NCBI GenBank assembly: GCA_035574175.1
Contig: DATLZB010000109.1
Coordinates: 310-64,309, forward strand
DNA: 64,000 nt
DNA from: Hyphomicrobiaceae bacterium
Lineage (GTDB): Bacteria > Pseudomonadota > Alphaproteobacteria > Rhizobiales > Hyphomicrobiaceae
Reading direction: 5' to 3'
The position numbers and the translations under genes are program-made. The notes under the pieces were generated by a model that searched no databases, was not told the origin of the DNA, and worked only from the letters and a program-made list of their open reading frames with translations. This document shows positions 46,387-56,867 of this stretch, one piece after another (within the stretch, counting starts at the first letter, position 1; each line of letters starts with the position of its first letter).

Positions 46387-48219
46387 TCACTGCAGCGGCC
46401 CTTGGAGCTTACTCTCGACACGCTTTCGCTGGACCGCGCTGCGGCTCTGCTCCTTGGACTTCTTGACCGACCCATTGGCCGGTTCGTCGACCAGTCCCTT
46501 GAGCAGCTTCTCGGCGATCTTCTCGGCCTCCTCGGGTTCCGGTTTCAGGGTGAGCGCCTGATCCCACTGGAAGCGGGCCTCCCGCTTGCGGCCGACGCGC
46601 CAAAGAGCATCCCCAAGGTGGTCGTTGAGAGTCGGATCCTCGGGCTTTAGCTCGACGGCGCGCTCCAGATGCTTGACCGCCTCCTTGTAGTTGCCGAGCC
46701 GGTAGTAGGCCCAGCCGAGACTGTCGACGATGAAGCCATCGTTCTGGCGCTTGGCGACAGCCTTCTGAATCATGGCCAGTCCCTGCTTCAGGTTGCGGTT
46801 CTGGTCGATCCAGGAATATCCGAGGTAGTTGAGGATGAGCGGCTCATCGGGAGAGAGTTGGAGAGCGCGCTTCAAATCGGCTTCGGCCTGCGGCCAACGC
46901 TTCATGCGCTCATAGCAGGTGCCGCGCGCGTACCAATAGTGCCAGTGACGCTCCTGCGGCGTCTTGATGAGGGCAATGGCCCGCGAATAATACTCGACCG
47001 CCTCGGCGTAACGCTTGTGTGAGCGCATGATGCTACCCAGCGTGTCGAGAGGAGTGAGCTCGGTGGGGTGGGCCTTGGCGTGAGCCTCGAGCAGCGTCTT
47101 GGCCGCATCGACCTCATTCAGCAGGTTGAGGTTGATGCCCTTGCGGATGACGGTGATCATGCGCAAGGGCGAGTCGGGGGGCACGCGATCGTAGATTTCG
47201 TTGGCTTCGGCCGGGCGCCGCATGGCTTCGAACACGCCGCCGAGCGCGGTCAGCGCAAACGGGGAGTTCGGGTTGACGTAGAGCGACATCTGCAGGTAGG
47301 CGGCGGCCAAGCTCACGCCGCCGTCACTTGCCAGCGCCTCGCCCAGGCCAAAGAAGACTTCGGCAAAGCCGTCCGCCGGATCCTCGATCAGCAACGGCAG
47401 GTTGTTAGCCCCGGCGTGAATGTCATCGCGCAGCTGACGCAGGGCCGGGTGGCCCTCCCCGCCCACCTTGTCCAAGTGCTCGGCAAGTATGCTGCGGGCA
47501 AGCTTGATGTCGCCTGCGTGGGAGGCGTGCCGAGCGTAGGCCAATGCCAGACGGGGCGTGCGCGCGTCGCTCTTGAACGTGCGCTCATAGGCCTGACGGG
47601 CCTCGGTACGCCGGCCAGAGAGATCGGCGATCAGCGCACGGTGGTAACGCAGATAGGCCTGAACCGACTGCGCCTGGGGTCCCCGGTCGAGCAGCGCCAG
47701 CGCTCCCTTGGCGTCGTCCTTCGCCAGCCTGATCCAGGCCCGGGCCAGGATGCTGGTCAACTCGCCGACAGTGCCGCTGGCAATGGCCGAAAAATGCCGT
47801 TCGGCCGCATCGAGGTCGCCGGCCTTGTATTCGGCTACCCCGAGCCAGGTCTGCGCCAGCCGGTAGCTGCCCTTGCCGGGGCCGACTTTGCGGGCAAGCT
47901 CGGTGGCATGCTCGAAGTTGCCCTCGATGGCTTCCATCAGGAAGGCCTGCTCGACAATGCTGTCGCTGTCGGGATCGCGCGCCATCGCCTGGCGGTAAAA
48001 CTCGACCGCCGCAGCGGTATCATAGGCACTGCGCGCGAAACGCCCTGCCAGGTAGCTGCCGAGCAAGGTGTGCGTCGGCTCGACCCGCTCGTTGCCGCTC
48101 GCCAGCACCGGGACGGTCGGGAGCGTTGCCAACAGCAGCAGCACGCCAGCCGTCCAGGCGACCTTGCGCATGCCGTTGAGGAAGGACCGCGTCGAACCTC
48201 GTGTCATGAGAAACGTCAT
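46387..48219 (-). CDS. tetratricopeptide (TPR) repeat protein with N-terminal signal/anchor
   Basis: Repeated A..Y......G....A...F..AL..DP patterns run throughout the protein. Hydrophobic N-terminus VAWTAGVLLLLATLPTVPVLA. Lies immediately upstream of ispE. Confidence 0.8.
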   Translation of the reverse strand: MTFLMTRGSTRSFLNGMRKVAWTAGVLLLLATLPTVPVLASGNERVEPTHTLLGSYLAGRFARSAYDTAAAVEFYRQAMARDPDSDSIVEQAFLMEAIEGNFEHATELARKVGPGKGSYRLAQTWLGVAEYKAGDLDAAERHFSAIASGTVGELTSILARAWIRLAKDDAKGALALLDRGPQAQSVQAYLRYHRALIADLSGRRTEARQAYERTFKSDARTPRLALAYARHASHAGDIKLARSILAEHLDKVGGEGHPALRQLRDDIHAGANNLPLLIEDPADGFAEVFFGLGEALASDGGVSLAAAYLQMSLYVNPNSPFALTALGGVFEAMRRPAEANEIYDRVPPDSPLRMITVIRKGINLNLLNEVDAAKTLLEAHAKAHPTELTPLDTLGSIMRSHKRYAEAVEYYSRAIALIKTPQERHWHYWYARGTCYERMKRWPQAEADLKRALQLSPDEPLILNYLGYSWIDQNRNLKQGLAMIQKAVAKRQNDGFIVDSLGWAYYRLGNYKEAVKHLERAVELKPEDPTLNDHLGDALWRVGRKREARFQWDQALTLKPEPEEAEKIAEKLLKGLVDEPANGSVKKSKEQSRSAVQRKRVESKLQGPLQ

Positions 48220-48393
48220 GATGAATCGTGCTCGGTGAGCGAGGCTAGCAAGAACCGGTGCCCGTTGGCGACTCTCGCCTTCGGCGGCGGATGATAAACA
48301 TCAATTTGTGTTGCAAAACCGGAAATCAATGATTGCTCACAAAGTTGGCGCGCTGACCGGCAGGCTCAAACCTGCGCGGTCGTCCCCGCGTTT

Positions 48394-50070
48394 TCACATG
48401 CCCGAGTAGTTAGGACCGCCGCCGCCCTCCGGGCAAACCCAGGTGATGTTCTGACTGGGGTCCTTGATGTCGCACGTCTTGCAGTGCACGCAGTTCTGCG
48501 CGTTGATCTGAAAGCGCGGGCCGCCCTCTTCCTCGACCACCTCGTACACCCCGGCCGGGCAATAGCGCACGGCGGGCTCGGCATAGCGGGGCAGGTTGAC
48601 GTCGATGGGGATCGAAGGGTCGGCGAGCCGCAAGTGGACCGGCTGGTCCTCCTCGTGGTTGGTGCCGGAGAAGGCCACGCTGGTCAGCCGGTCGAAGGTG
48701 AGCACACCGTCGGGCTTGGGATAGCTGATCGGCCGCGCCTGACGGGCGAGCTTGAGGGCTTCGTGGTCGGCTTTGCCGTGTCTCAAGGTGAAGCCCAGCC
48801 CGACCCCCGGAATGATGGTGTTGAGCCACATGTCGAGGCCGCCGAAGACGACGCCGGCCAGCGTTCCCAGACGTGACCACAGAGGCTTTACGTTGCGCAC
48901 GGGCTTGAGGTCGCGCGCGATGGGGCCGTTGCGCACCGCCTCCACGTAGGCCGCGAGCCGGTCGTGAGCGCGGCCGGCGCGGAGTGCCGCATAAGCTGCC
49001 TCGGCGGCGTGGATACCGGACAGGATGGCGTTGTGGCTGCCCTTGATGCGCGGAACGTTCATGAAGCCCGCTGCGCAGCCGATGAGCGCGCCGCCGGGGA
49101 ATACGAGCTCCGGGATCGACTGCCAGCCGCCCTCGGTGAGAGCGCGCGCGCCATAGGCGATGCGCCGACCGCCGGCGAAGGTGTCGCGGATGGCAGGGTG
49201 TGTCTTGAAGCGCTGGAACTCCTCGAACGGCGCAAGGTAGGGGTTGGTGTAGTTCAAGTGCACGACGAAGCCGACCGACACCAGGTTCTTCCCGTAGTGG
49301 TACATGAACGAGCCGCCGCCCGTGGCGTTGTCGAGCGGCCAGCCGAAGGTGTGCTGGACGAGCCCGGGCCGGTGGCGATCGGGCGCTACCTCCCACAGCT
49401 CCTTGAGGCCGATGCCGAACTTCTGCGGCTCACGGCCCTTGTCCAGCCCGAGGCGCTGGATGAGCCCCTTGGCCAGCGAGCCGCGCGCGCCTTCCGCGAT
49501 CAGCGTGTATTTGGCGCGCAACTCGATGCCGCGCTGGAAGGTATCCTTCGGCCGGCCGTCCCGGCCGATGCCCTTGTCGTCGGTGGCCACCCCGACGACG
49601 GCACCGTTCTCGCCGTAGAGAACCTCCACGGCGGCAAAGCCGGGGTAGATGTCGACGCCCAGGGCGGCCGCCTGCTCACCAAGCCAGCGCACGATGTCGC
49701 CGAGGCTTGCGATCCAATTGCCGCGGTTGCTCATAAGGGGCGGCATCAGAAAATTCGGGAGCCTCATGTCGCCGGCGGGCCCAAGCACCAGGAAGCGGTC
49801 CTCGGTGACAGGCGTCTCGATCGGGGCCCGCCTGGCACGCCAGTCGGGGATCAGGCGATCGAGGCCGATGGGATCGATCACCGCTCCCGACAAAATATGA
49901 GCGCCGACCTCGGAGCCCTTCTCCAGCACGGCGACGGACAGATCGCGGCCCTGCCCGGCCGCCAGCTGCTTCAGGCGGATGGCCGCCGCGAGACCGGAGG
50001 GCCCGGCCCCGACGATCACCACGTCACACTCCATCACTTCCCGTGGAGGTAGTCGGCCATCGTCAACCAT
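48394..50070 (-). CDS. electron transfer flavoprotein-ubiquinone oxidoreductase
   Basis: FAD motif DVVIVGAGPSGLAAAIRL and the C-terminal 4Fe-4S region CPAGVYE...NCVHCKTCDIKDP. 558 aa. Confidence 0.95.
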   Translation of the reverse strand: MVDDGRLPPREVMECDVVIVGAGPSGLAAAIRLKQLAAGQGRDLSVAVLEKGSEVGAHILSGAVIDPIGLDRLIPDWRARRAPIETPVTEDRFLVLGPAGDMRLPNFLMPPLMSNRGNWIASLGDIVRWLGEQAAALGVDIYPGFAAVEVLYGENGAVVGVATDDKGIGRDGRPKDTFQRGIELRAKYTLIAEGARGSLAKGLIQRLGLDKGREPQKFGIGLKELWEVAPDRHRPGLVQHTFGWPLDNATGGGSFMYHYGKNLVSVGFVVHLNYTNPYLAPFEEFQRFKTHPAIRDTFAGGRRIAYGARALTEGGWQSIPELVFPGGALIGCAAGFMNVPRIKGSHNAILSGIHAAEAAYAALRAGRAHDRLAAYVEAVRNGPIARDLKPVRNVKPLWSRLGTLAGVVFGGLDMWLNTIIPGVGLGFTLRHGKADHEALKLARQARPISYPKPDGVLTFDRLTSVAFSGTNHEEDQPVHLRLADPSIPIDVNLPRYAEPAVRYCPAGVYEVVEEEGGPRFQINAQNCVHCKTCDIKDPSQNITWVCPEGGGGPNYSGM

Positions 50071-50199
50071 CGGCCCTCTCGCGGCACTTCATCGCTGAGG
50101 CGATTACCAGCCCGAGTTCGTCTTAAGGGTCAAGCGGCAGTGGAAGGCCCCTGTGCGCGAGCGACGCCGAGACTGGAAATTGAGCGCAACGCCGTTACA

Positions 50200-51048
50200 A
50201 TGCGCGGCATGAGTGAGACACCCGGTCAGGCCAACCTCGTCGGCCTGCTCGATTGGTACCGCAGCGTCGGCGTCGATGAGGCGGTCGGGGAGGCGGCGAC
50301 GGACTGGCTGGCGCGCGGCGAGCGAGCGCCGGGGGCCGATTTCTCATTCCGGTATAGGCCCCAGCAGGTGCCGACGGGCGATGTGGCGAAAGCCGAGCCG
50401 GGTCTGCCAAGACCCGTGCGCCGGTTTCCTACCGCCTCGCCCGATGCGGCACTGTCGCAGGCACGCCTCGCCGCCCGGTCGGCCGAGAGCCTTGAGGCGC
50501 TCGGCGCAGCGCTCGCGCGCTACGAGGGCTGCGCGCTCAAGGCGACGGCAAAAAACCTCTGCTTCTTCCGCGGTGCGCAGAAAGCGCGGCTGATGCTTAT
50601 CGGGGAGGCGCCGGGTCGGGAGGAGGACCTCGAGGGCCGGCCTTTCGTCGGCCGGGCCGGGCAGCTCCTCGACAAGATGCTGGCCGCGATCGGGCTCGGC
50701 GAGACCGACGTGCACATCACCAACATCGTGTATTGGCGCCCGCCCGGCAACCGCACGCCGACGCCGCAGGAGGCACTGGTGTGCCGTCCGTTTCTGGAGC
50801 GCCAGATCGAGCTGGTCGGACCAGAGTTCATCGTGCTGCTCGGCGGCGCCGCAGCCAAGCACGTGCTCGAGGTCACCGACGGCATCATGCGGCTCAGGGG
50901 GCGCTGGCGTCAGGTCGAGATCGGGTCGCGGAGCGTCAAGGCCATTGCCACCCTGCATCCTGCCTACCTGCTTCGCACACCGGCCCACAAGCGGCTCGCC
51001 TGGCGCGACCTGCTTTCGGTGCGCGAGGCGCTCGACGCGGAGCTGTGA
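50200..51048 (+). CDS. uracil-DNA glycosylase, family 4 type
   Basis: LMLIGEAPGREEDLEGRPFVGRAGQLLDKML and ...ATLHPAYLLR. The start is ATG 50200 or ATG 50209. Confidence 0.85.
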   Translation: MRGMSETPGQANLVGLLDWYRSVGVDEAVGEAATDWLARGERAPGADFSFRYRPQQVPTGDVAKAEPGLPRPVRRFPTASPDAALSQARLAARSAESLEALGAALARYEGCALKATAKNLCFFRGAQKARLMLIGEAPGREEDLEGRPFVGRAGQLLDKMLAAIGLGETDVHITNIVYWRPPGNRTPTPQEALVCRPFLERQIELVGPEFIVLLGGAAAKHVLEVTDGIMRLRGRWRQVEIGSRSVKAIATLHPAYLLRTPAHKRLAWRDLLSVREALDAEL

Positions 51049-51137
51049 ATTGCGGAACTCGCGCCCCATTCACAGTGTTTCATCCGCGCCGGGACTTGCT
51101 AGGATCGATGTCCGGCGCAGCGGTGGAGACAGGCAAT

Positions 51138-51635
51138 ATGCGAGGATGGCGCGCGTGGCAGGCGTTGGCGGGGCTGTTGCCGCTGGCGGCGTCGGCGGCA
51201 TTGGCGCAGGCGCCGGTTCAACAGGATGCCCTGCGCCAGCGGGTGGACGAACTGGTGCAATGGATCGCGACCCGTTCGAGCTATCCGTCGACGGTTCAGC
51301 GCCACCCCGAGTTTGTGTTCCTGTCGCCGGAGATCATCCGGCACGGCTTCTCCAATATCTCCCTCGGCTACAACGTCAGCACCAGTTCGGTGCGGGCGGC
51401 GCAGACTAAGGGCACGATCTATCTGCCCGATACTTTCACCCTCGGGCGGGACGACTACATGCTGCTGCACGAACTCGTGCATCACCTGCAGGACGAGAGC
51501 GGCCGCAGCTTCGAATGCCTCGCCATGCGTGAGCGGGAGGCCTACGAGCTGCAGACCGCATTTGTAAAGGAGACGGGCTCGGGCCTCGTCCCGAACGACA
51601 TGTTCATGCTCCTGCTGCGCTGCGATATCCGCTAG
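51138..51635 (+). CDS. secreted hypothetical protein with an HExxH motif
   Basis: Signal peptide MRGWRAWQALAGLLPLAASAALAQA. Contains LLHELVHHLQDES (HExxH). GGAGA lies 8 nt upstream of ATG 51138. Confidence 0.55.
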   Translation: MRGWRAWQALAGLLPLAASAALAQAPVQQDALRQRVDELVQWIATRSSYPSTVQRHPEFVFLSPEIIRHGFSNISLGYNVSTSSVRAAQTKGTIYLPDTFTLGRDDYMLLHELVHHLQDESGRSFECLAMREREAYELQTAFVKETGSGLVPNDMFMLLLRCDIR

Positions 51636-51745
51636 GAGGACCCGGACCCGCGACGGCTGCCGGGCCATGCGCACTTATCGAAAGGCGGACTTCCAAGGTG
51701 GGCCTGTTCCCGGATCCGGACCGATCGTGTTGTCTCGCCCGAACT

Positions 51746-52264
51746 CTAGCTGCGGTAGTAGCGCCACATCCGCTCGATGTTGCGGTGAATATCGCCCGGA
51801 TCGCGGTCGAGCGGGTCCAGCCTCACAACCACAACGTTGTCGCGGGTCATCGACCACGGCAGTCGCATGGCGCGACGCCAGAGGGGGACGTTGCGCCAGT
51901 CGGAGACCAGGGCGCTGGATAGGGGCTGATTGAGCGCGATGATGAGCTCATGGACGGTCGAGGCGCGGGTGGCGATGGTGGCGAGCTCGATGGATTTGAC
52001 GGCCCGCCAACGGACCAACCCGAACGCCTCAATGAAAATGCCGTACTGGTTGGCGCCGAGCCGCGGGCGCTGAGTGTCGAGCAGCGGCAGATTGAAGTAG
52101 GCGACGCCCGCGGCGGCCACACCCAGGGCGAACATGAGGGTGCTGCCGCTGGCAATGGATCCGCCAATCAATAGCGCCGCTACGAACCCAACCACGTAGA
52201 CCGGAAACTGGGTCTCGCCCCGGCCGTAGGTCACTGTGTAGCCGACGAACTCGCTCTCATCCAA
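51746..52264 (-). CDS. hypothetical membrane protein
   Basis: 172-aa ORF with a TTG start and two adjacent hydrophobic helices (VYVVGFVAALLIGGSIASGSTLMFALGVAAAGVAYF). No family recognised. Confidence 0.4.
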   Translation of the reverse strand: MDESEFVGYTVTYGRGETQFPVYVVGFVAALLIGGSIASGSTLMFALGVAAAGVAYFNLPLLDTQRPRLGANQYGIFIEAFGLVRWRAVKSIELATIATRASTVHELIIALNQPLSSALVSDWRNVPLWRRAMRLPWSMTRDNVVVVRLDPLDRDPGDIHRNIERMWRYYRS

Positions 52265-52465
52265 AGGGCGCAGGCCATCCGGCAGTGGAACTCAGGGTGG
52301 AAAGGTTGTCATGCGCGGGCCGGCACAACAAGGGCAAACTGGCGTGCGCAAAAATCTTCGCCGACTGGCTGCCGGCCGGCGAGCGAGGATCGGGTGCATG
52401 GTGGCGAGGGCTGCGCTAACGTGCGACCAAGTGTTTCGGCGAAGCAAACCCGAAAGGAGAGCCCC

Positions 52466-52882
52466 ATGCGCAGCATAGCAGGCGGCATCGTGACTACCGC
52501 CCTCGTCGGCTTGACCGCAGCGGCGGCGCAGACGGCGGAGGATGCGTTCGGCGTGTGGGAGCATCCGGAGAACAAGAGCCACGTCGAGATCTACAAGTGC
52601 GGCGATGGCCTGTGCGCCAGGATCGTCAAGGTGGTCGACGGTCAGAAGACCGACGACAAAAATCCGAACGAGGCGCTGAGAAAGCGACCGATCATCGGCC
52701 TCGTGATCATGAGCGGAGCCAAGAAGACGGGGCCCGGCCAGTGGCAGGGCAGCCTCTACAACCGGGCCGACGGCGCCACCTACACCGGCACGCTCACCGT
52801 CAAGAGCAAGGATGCGCTCGACCTCCAAGGCTGCACCGCGGTCGTGTTCTGCAAGACGGTGACGTGGAAACGGGTGAAGTGA
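52466..52882 (+). CDS. DUF2147-like periplasmic protein
   Basis: Signal peptide MRSIAGGIVTTALVGLTAAAAQT. Followed by GVWEHPENKSHVEIYKCGDGLCARIV...G.LYNRADGATYTG.LT. AGGAGA precedes ATG 52466. Confidence 0.7.
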   Translation: MRSIAGGIVTTALVGLTAAAAQTAEDAFGVWEHPENKSHVEIYKCGDGLCARIVKVVDGQKTDDKNPNEALRKRPIIGLVIMSGAKKTGPGQWQGSLYNRADGATYTGTLTVKSKDALDLQGCTAVVFCKTVTWKRVK

Positions 52883-52995
52883 GCGGTCTTTGTGCACTGC
52901 GGGCGCTTGAAGGCGCTGCCGTCCTCGCACGAGCAGCAAAGCGCGAGCTGATCGAAATCAATCGGGCAACGCGGCAACGATCTTAAACGTGGCAC

Positions 52996-54267
52996 ATGGA
53001 CCCCTCGACTCAGGCTGCGGCCGGCAGGCAAGGGTTCGGACCGCGACCGGCTCGGGTCGGGCTCGCCCGCACGCTCACCCTTACCTACGCCGTTCTCTAC
53101 GGAGTCGGCGTGACGGTCGGCGCCGGCATCTACGTGCTGATCGGGGCTGCCGCGGCGCGGGCCGGCTATACGGCGCCGCTCGCATTCATCGTCGCCGCCG
53201 CATTGATGATGATCACCGGCGCGTCGTTCGCGGAACTTGCGAGCCGCATGCCAGTGGCAGCCGGCGAAGCGGCCTACGTGCGGGCTGGGTTCCGCTCGCC
53301 GGCGCTGGCGCTCGGCGTCGGGCTGTTGGTGGCGGCCATTGCCATCGTCTCCGCGGCGGCGATCAGCGTGGGCAGCGCCGGATACATCGGCGTGTTCATG
53401 GCCCTTCCAAGCCAAGTCATCGTCGCCGCGGTCGTGCTGACCATGGGTGCCGTCGCGGCCCTGGGGGTCAAGCAGTCGGTGGGGTTCGCCGGCGCCATGA
53501 CGCTGATCGAGATCGGCGGGCTGCTGCTGATCGTCGCTGCAGGGGTCGGCGCCGGGCCCGAGCTGGTCACTCGTCTGCCCGAAGTCGTCCCCACCGATTT
53601 CGACCCGGCGACCTGGACCGGGCTGCTCTCGGCGACGCTGCTTGCCGTGTTCGCTTTCATCGGGTTCGAGGCGCTGGCCAATGTGGCGGAGGAGATCGAG
53701 GAGCCACAGCGCACCCTGCCGCGGGCCATCTTCGCCACACTGGCGTTGACGACCCTGCTCTACGTGCTGGTGGTATGGGTCGCGCTGGTGGCGGTCGGCT
53801 CCGACGAGCTCGCCCAGTCGTCGGCACCGCTCGCCGTCGTCTTCGAGCGCCTGACGGGCGCCTCGCCCAGGTTCATGAGCCTCATCGCCATCGTCGCCAC
53901 CGTCAACGGCGTCATCGTGCAGATCATCATGGCCTCGCGCGTGCTGTACGGACTGGCCGAACAGGGTAGCCTTCCTCCCGTGTTGGGGGAGGTCCATGCG
54001 GCGACCCGTGCCCCGCTCAACGCCACGCTGCTCGCGGTTGCCGCCGTGCTCGCGCTTGCGCTCTTCCTTCCCCTCGAGCGGCTGGCGGACATCACCGCCC
54101 GTCTGACACTCTTGCTGTTTGCCATCGTCAATGGCGCATTGATCGCGCTGAAGAGGCGCGAGGCGGCGCCGCCAAAGGGAATCCTCGTGGTGCCGGGCTG
54201 GGTGCCGTGGGCCGGCCTGGCGAGCACGCTGGCGCTGCTCGCCGGCGAGATCGTGACCTGGGGGTGA
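52996..54267 (+). CDS. APC family amino acid permease
   Basis: Polytopic protein with about 12 helices. LTLTYAVLYGVGVTVGAGIYVLIG and FAELASRMPVAAGEAAY are typical of APC transporters. Confidence 0.85.
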   Translation: MDPSTQAAAGRQGFGPRPARVGLARTLTLTYAVLYGVGVTVGAGIYVLIGAAAARAGYTAPLAFIVAAALMMITGASFAELASRMPVAAGEAAYVRAGFRSPALALGVGLLVAAIAIVSAAAISVGSAGYIGVFMALPSQVIVAAVVLTMGAVAALGVKQSVGFAGAMTLIEIGGLLLIVAAGVGAGPELVTRLPEVVPTDFDPATWTGLLSATLLAVFAFIGFEALANVAEEIEEPQRTLPRAIFATLALTTLLYVLVVWVALVAVGSDELAQSSAPLAVVFERLTGASPRFMSLIAIVATVNGVIVQIIMASRVLYGLAEQGSLPPVLGEVHAATRAPLNATLLAVAAVLALALFLPLERLADITARLTLLLFAIVNGALIALKRREAAPPKGILVVPGWVPWAGLASTLALLAGEIVTWG

Positions 54268-54278
54268 GGCCGAGATGC

Positions 54279-54683
54279 CTAGTCGGTCTCGACGACGGAG
54301 ACGACCTGAAACGTGCGCAGCACGCCGTCCTGCTCCCTGATCGACACGTACTCGCCGGGCTTCAGCGTGTGCCGGTCGAAACGGTAGCCGGTCTCGTCGT
54401 GCGCCGGATCCCCATGAATGTCATAATGAAATGCCCAGCCGCCATCCGGCTTGTGCACGATGTGGCCGACCTCGTCCGCCTGGCCCGCCCAGAACCGGCG
54501 CACCCGGCAACGATCGCGGAGCAGCTTCCAGGCGGCGGGCACGATATGGCCCTTCTCGTCGATGGGCGCGATAAAGTCGTAGCCGCGATCGCGGCTGCCC
54601 TGCGGGAAATCGTGGTCGCGCGCCAGCTCGAGACGCACACGGCGCAACAGACTGCGCGCCTTCTTCTCGGTCATCGTCGCCAT
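54279..54683 (-). CDS. hypothetical protein, 134 aa
   Basis: ORF portion from ATG 54683 (MATMTEKKARSLLRRVRLELARDHDFP...). Sits 18 nt downstream of the USP gene on the same strand. No family recognised. Confidence 0.5.
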   Translation of the reverse strand: MATMTEKKARSLLRRVRLELARDHDFPQGSRDRGYDFIAPIDEKGHIVPAAWKLLRDRCRVRRFWAGQADEVGHIVHKPDGGWAFHYDIHGDPAHDETGYRFDRHTLKPGEYVSIREQDGVLRTFQVVSVVETD

Positions 54684-54700
54684 GGGTCCGCCTCGCGCCG

Positions 54701-55540
54701 TCAATGGGAGAACATGATCGGTATGGTCATGTCCTTGAGCATGTGGCGCGTCACACCGCCGAGCGCGAACTCGCGCAGTCTGGAATGGCCATAACAACCC
54801 ATAACAATGAGGTCGGCGCCGCGCTCCACGGCTCGTGCCTGAAGGTCGGCACCCACCGACCAGCCGCTCACCGGCACGCTCGTAACCTCGACGTTGATGC
54901 CGTGCCTGGCAAGCGCTGCGCCAACCTCGGTGTCGGGTAGCGCGCCCTCGCTCTCCGGTTCACGCTCGAGGACGGTCAGCACGTAAACCTTGTCGGCCGA
55001 TTTGAGCAGCGGCAGCGCATCGAAGACGGCGCGGGCTGCCTCGCGCCTGCCGTTCCAGGCAACGCAAACGGTCCTCGGCGGCACCACCGCCCTGGCGCTG
55101 TTCGGCACGACGTAGACGGGGCGGCCGCTGTCGATGGCGAGCGCTTCGGGGAAGTCCAGGATGTCGGTGAACGTCCAGTCCGGGTCGGCTTGATTGGCGA
55201 CGATGACGTCGGCGACGCGGGCATGCTCGAGCACGATCGCCTCGGGGTTCCGTCTCTGCGACGTGACGGAGCGCCATTCCATGGAAAGCGACTGGCCGGC
55301 CTTGGCCTCTTCGAATGCGGCCCTGACGCGCTCCATGTCTTCTTTCATCGTGTTGCGGATGGCGCTTGCGACGTCGGCGCCGAACGGCAGCGGAATGGGC
55401 GGCGACAGTCGGTAGGCCGGAAAAACGTAAAGGCCAATGAGATGGGCGTCGAATTGGCGCGCAAGCGCAATCCCGGCACCCATCAGGGCCGGCGTTCGCT
55501 GTGCGTGATTGAGGTGAACGAGAACGGTCTTGTAGGACAT
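54701..55540 (-). CDS. universal stress protein (tandem Usp domains)
   Basis: MSYKTVLVHLN... and C-terminal DLIVMGCYGHSRLREFALGGVTRHML (Usp ATP-binding tail). 279 aa. Confidence 0.85.
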   Translation of the reverse strand: MSYKTVLVHLNHAQRTPALMGAGIALARQFDAHLIGLYVFPAYRLSPPIPLPFGADVASAIRNTMKEDMERVRAAFEEAKAGQSLSMEWRSVTSQRRNPEAIVLEHARVADVIVANQADPDWTFTDILDFPEALAIDSGRPVYVVPNSARAVVPPRTVCVAWNGRREAARAVFDALPLLKSADKVYVLTVLEREPESEGALPDTEVGAALARHGINVEVTSVPVSGWSVGADLQARAVERGADLIVMGCYGHSRLREFALGGVTRHMLKDMTIPIMFSH

Positions 55541-55631
55541 TGGAAAGGCCTCGCTGGCGAACTGTTCGCGTCCATTCAGTGGTCGATTCCGGTGTAGGGG
55601 CTTTGACCGCGATCAACCAGCAAAAAACCGC

Positions 55632-56852
55632 TCACGAGCGTTCAGCCGAGGCCACGCGCGGAAGCGCCAGCACATCGCCGCGCCAGCCGTAGAGCCAGTC
55701 GTAACGGCGCATAAGGATCGCGCCCGGCACGGCAGCGAGGGCGAGATCACGCAGCAGCCCGGCAACCCCTGTGAGCTGGTAAATACTGCCGCTCGAGCGG
55801 GAGGCCGCTTGGACACGGCAGACACGCCGGTATCGGGCGGCCTCATACGCTCTCAGGGCGCGAGCGGGATCCTGCGGGACTGCGGCGAGCGCCTCGGCGA
55901 GCGTCGCCGCATCCTCGAGCGCCATCGCTCCGCCCTGAGCGAGAAACGGCAGCATCGGGTGGGCGGCATCGCCGGTCAGTCCGACCCGCCCCATCGACCA
56001 GCCCGGAAGCGGCGGCGCATCGAAGAGAGACCATGCGTGCCAGTCGGTGCCGCGCTCGAGAAACCACAACAGCTCGGGCGCATAGCCGACAAGCCGCGCA
56101 AGGACCGCCTCGCAGGGCACCGGTTGGCCCCAGCCCTGGTGGCGGGGCTCATCCTCATCGGCAATCACCACGCAGGCGATCGCCCGTCCCGCCCGTATCG
56201 GATAGTGCACGACGTGAGCGGTCGGGCCGAGCCAAACGCCGGTCTTGGGCTCGGCGAAGCGGCCGCTTGCCGCTTCGGATCGGATGACCGTCCGTACGGC
56301 CTTGCGACCGGCAAAGCGGGGTGCGTGACCGGGGAACAATCGCTCCCTGACCGCCGACCACAGTCCATCGGCGCCGATGAGCGCGCTTCCCTCGCTGTCG
56401 GCGCCGCCCGCCGCTGCGACGCGAACCTTGCCCGCGACCGTGCTCAACTCACTGACCTCGAAGCCGGTGACTAGCTCGATGGAAGCTGTCTCACGCACGG
56501 CGGAGAGGAGGGCGGCGTGGAGGTCGGCGCGGTGTGCCACCCAATAGGGCGCGCCGAACCGCTGCTCCAAGCCAGGACCCAGAGGAAGTTCGGCAAGTTT
56601 GCGTCCGCTGCGGGCCTCGAAGGTGGCAATGGCGAGCGGCTTGCCGGCGTGCGGCTCGAGGCGCCGGGCAATGTCGAGGACCTGCAATACCCGCATGGCG
56701 TTGGGGCCGAGCTGGATGCCGGCACCGGCCTCCGCCAGCGTGGTGCGCTTCTCGAGCAGACGGGACGCCATGCCGCGACGCGCAAGGGCAAGCGCCAGGG
56801 CGAGCCCGGCGATGCCGGCACCGGCGATGAGAATGGGGCGCGTTTGGCTCAC
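55632..56852 (-). CDS. FAD-dependent aromatic-ring monooxygenase (salicylate hydroxylase/UbiH-like)
   Basis: ILIAGAGIAGLALALALARRG (GxGxxG) and GDAAHPMLPFLAQGGAMALEDA (FAD/substrate motif). GTG start. Confidence 0.85.
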   Translation of the reverse strand: MSQTRPILIAGAGIAGLALALALARRGMASRLLEKRTTLAEAGAGIQLGPNAMRVLQVLDIARRLEPHAGKPLAIATFEARSGRKLAELPLGPGLEQRFGAPYWVAHRADLHAALLSAVRETASIELVTGFEVSELSTVAGKVRVAAAGGADSEGSALIGADGLWSAVRERLFPGHAPRFAGRKAVRTVIRSEAASGRFAEPKTGVWLGPTAHVVHYPIRAGRAIACVVIADEDEPRHQGWGQPVPCEAVLARLVGYAPELLWFLERGTDWHAWSLFDAPPLPGWSMGRVGLTGDAAHPMLPFLAQGGAMALEDAATLAEALAAVPQDPARALRAYEAARYRRVCRVQAASRSSGSIYQLTGVAGLLRDLALAAVPGAILMRRYDWLYGWRGDVLALPRVASAERS

Positions 56853-56867
56853 GTGGAGCGCGGCGGC

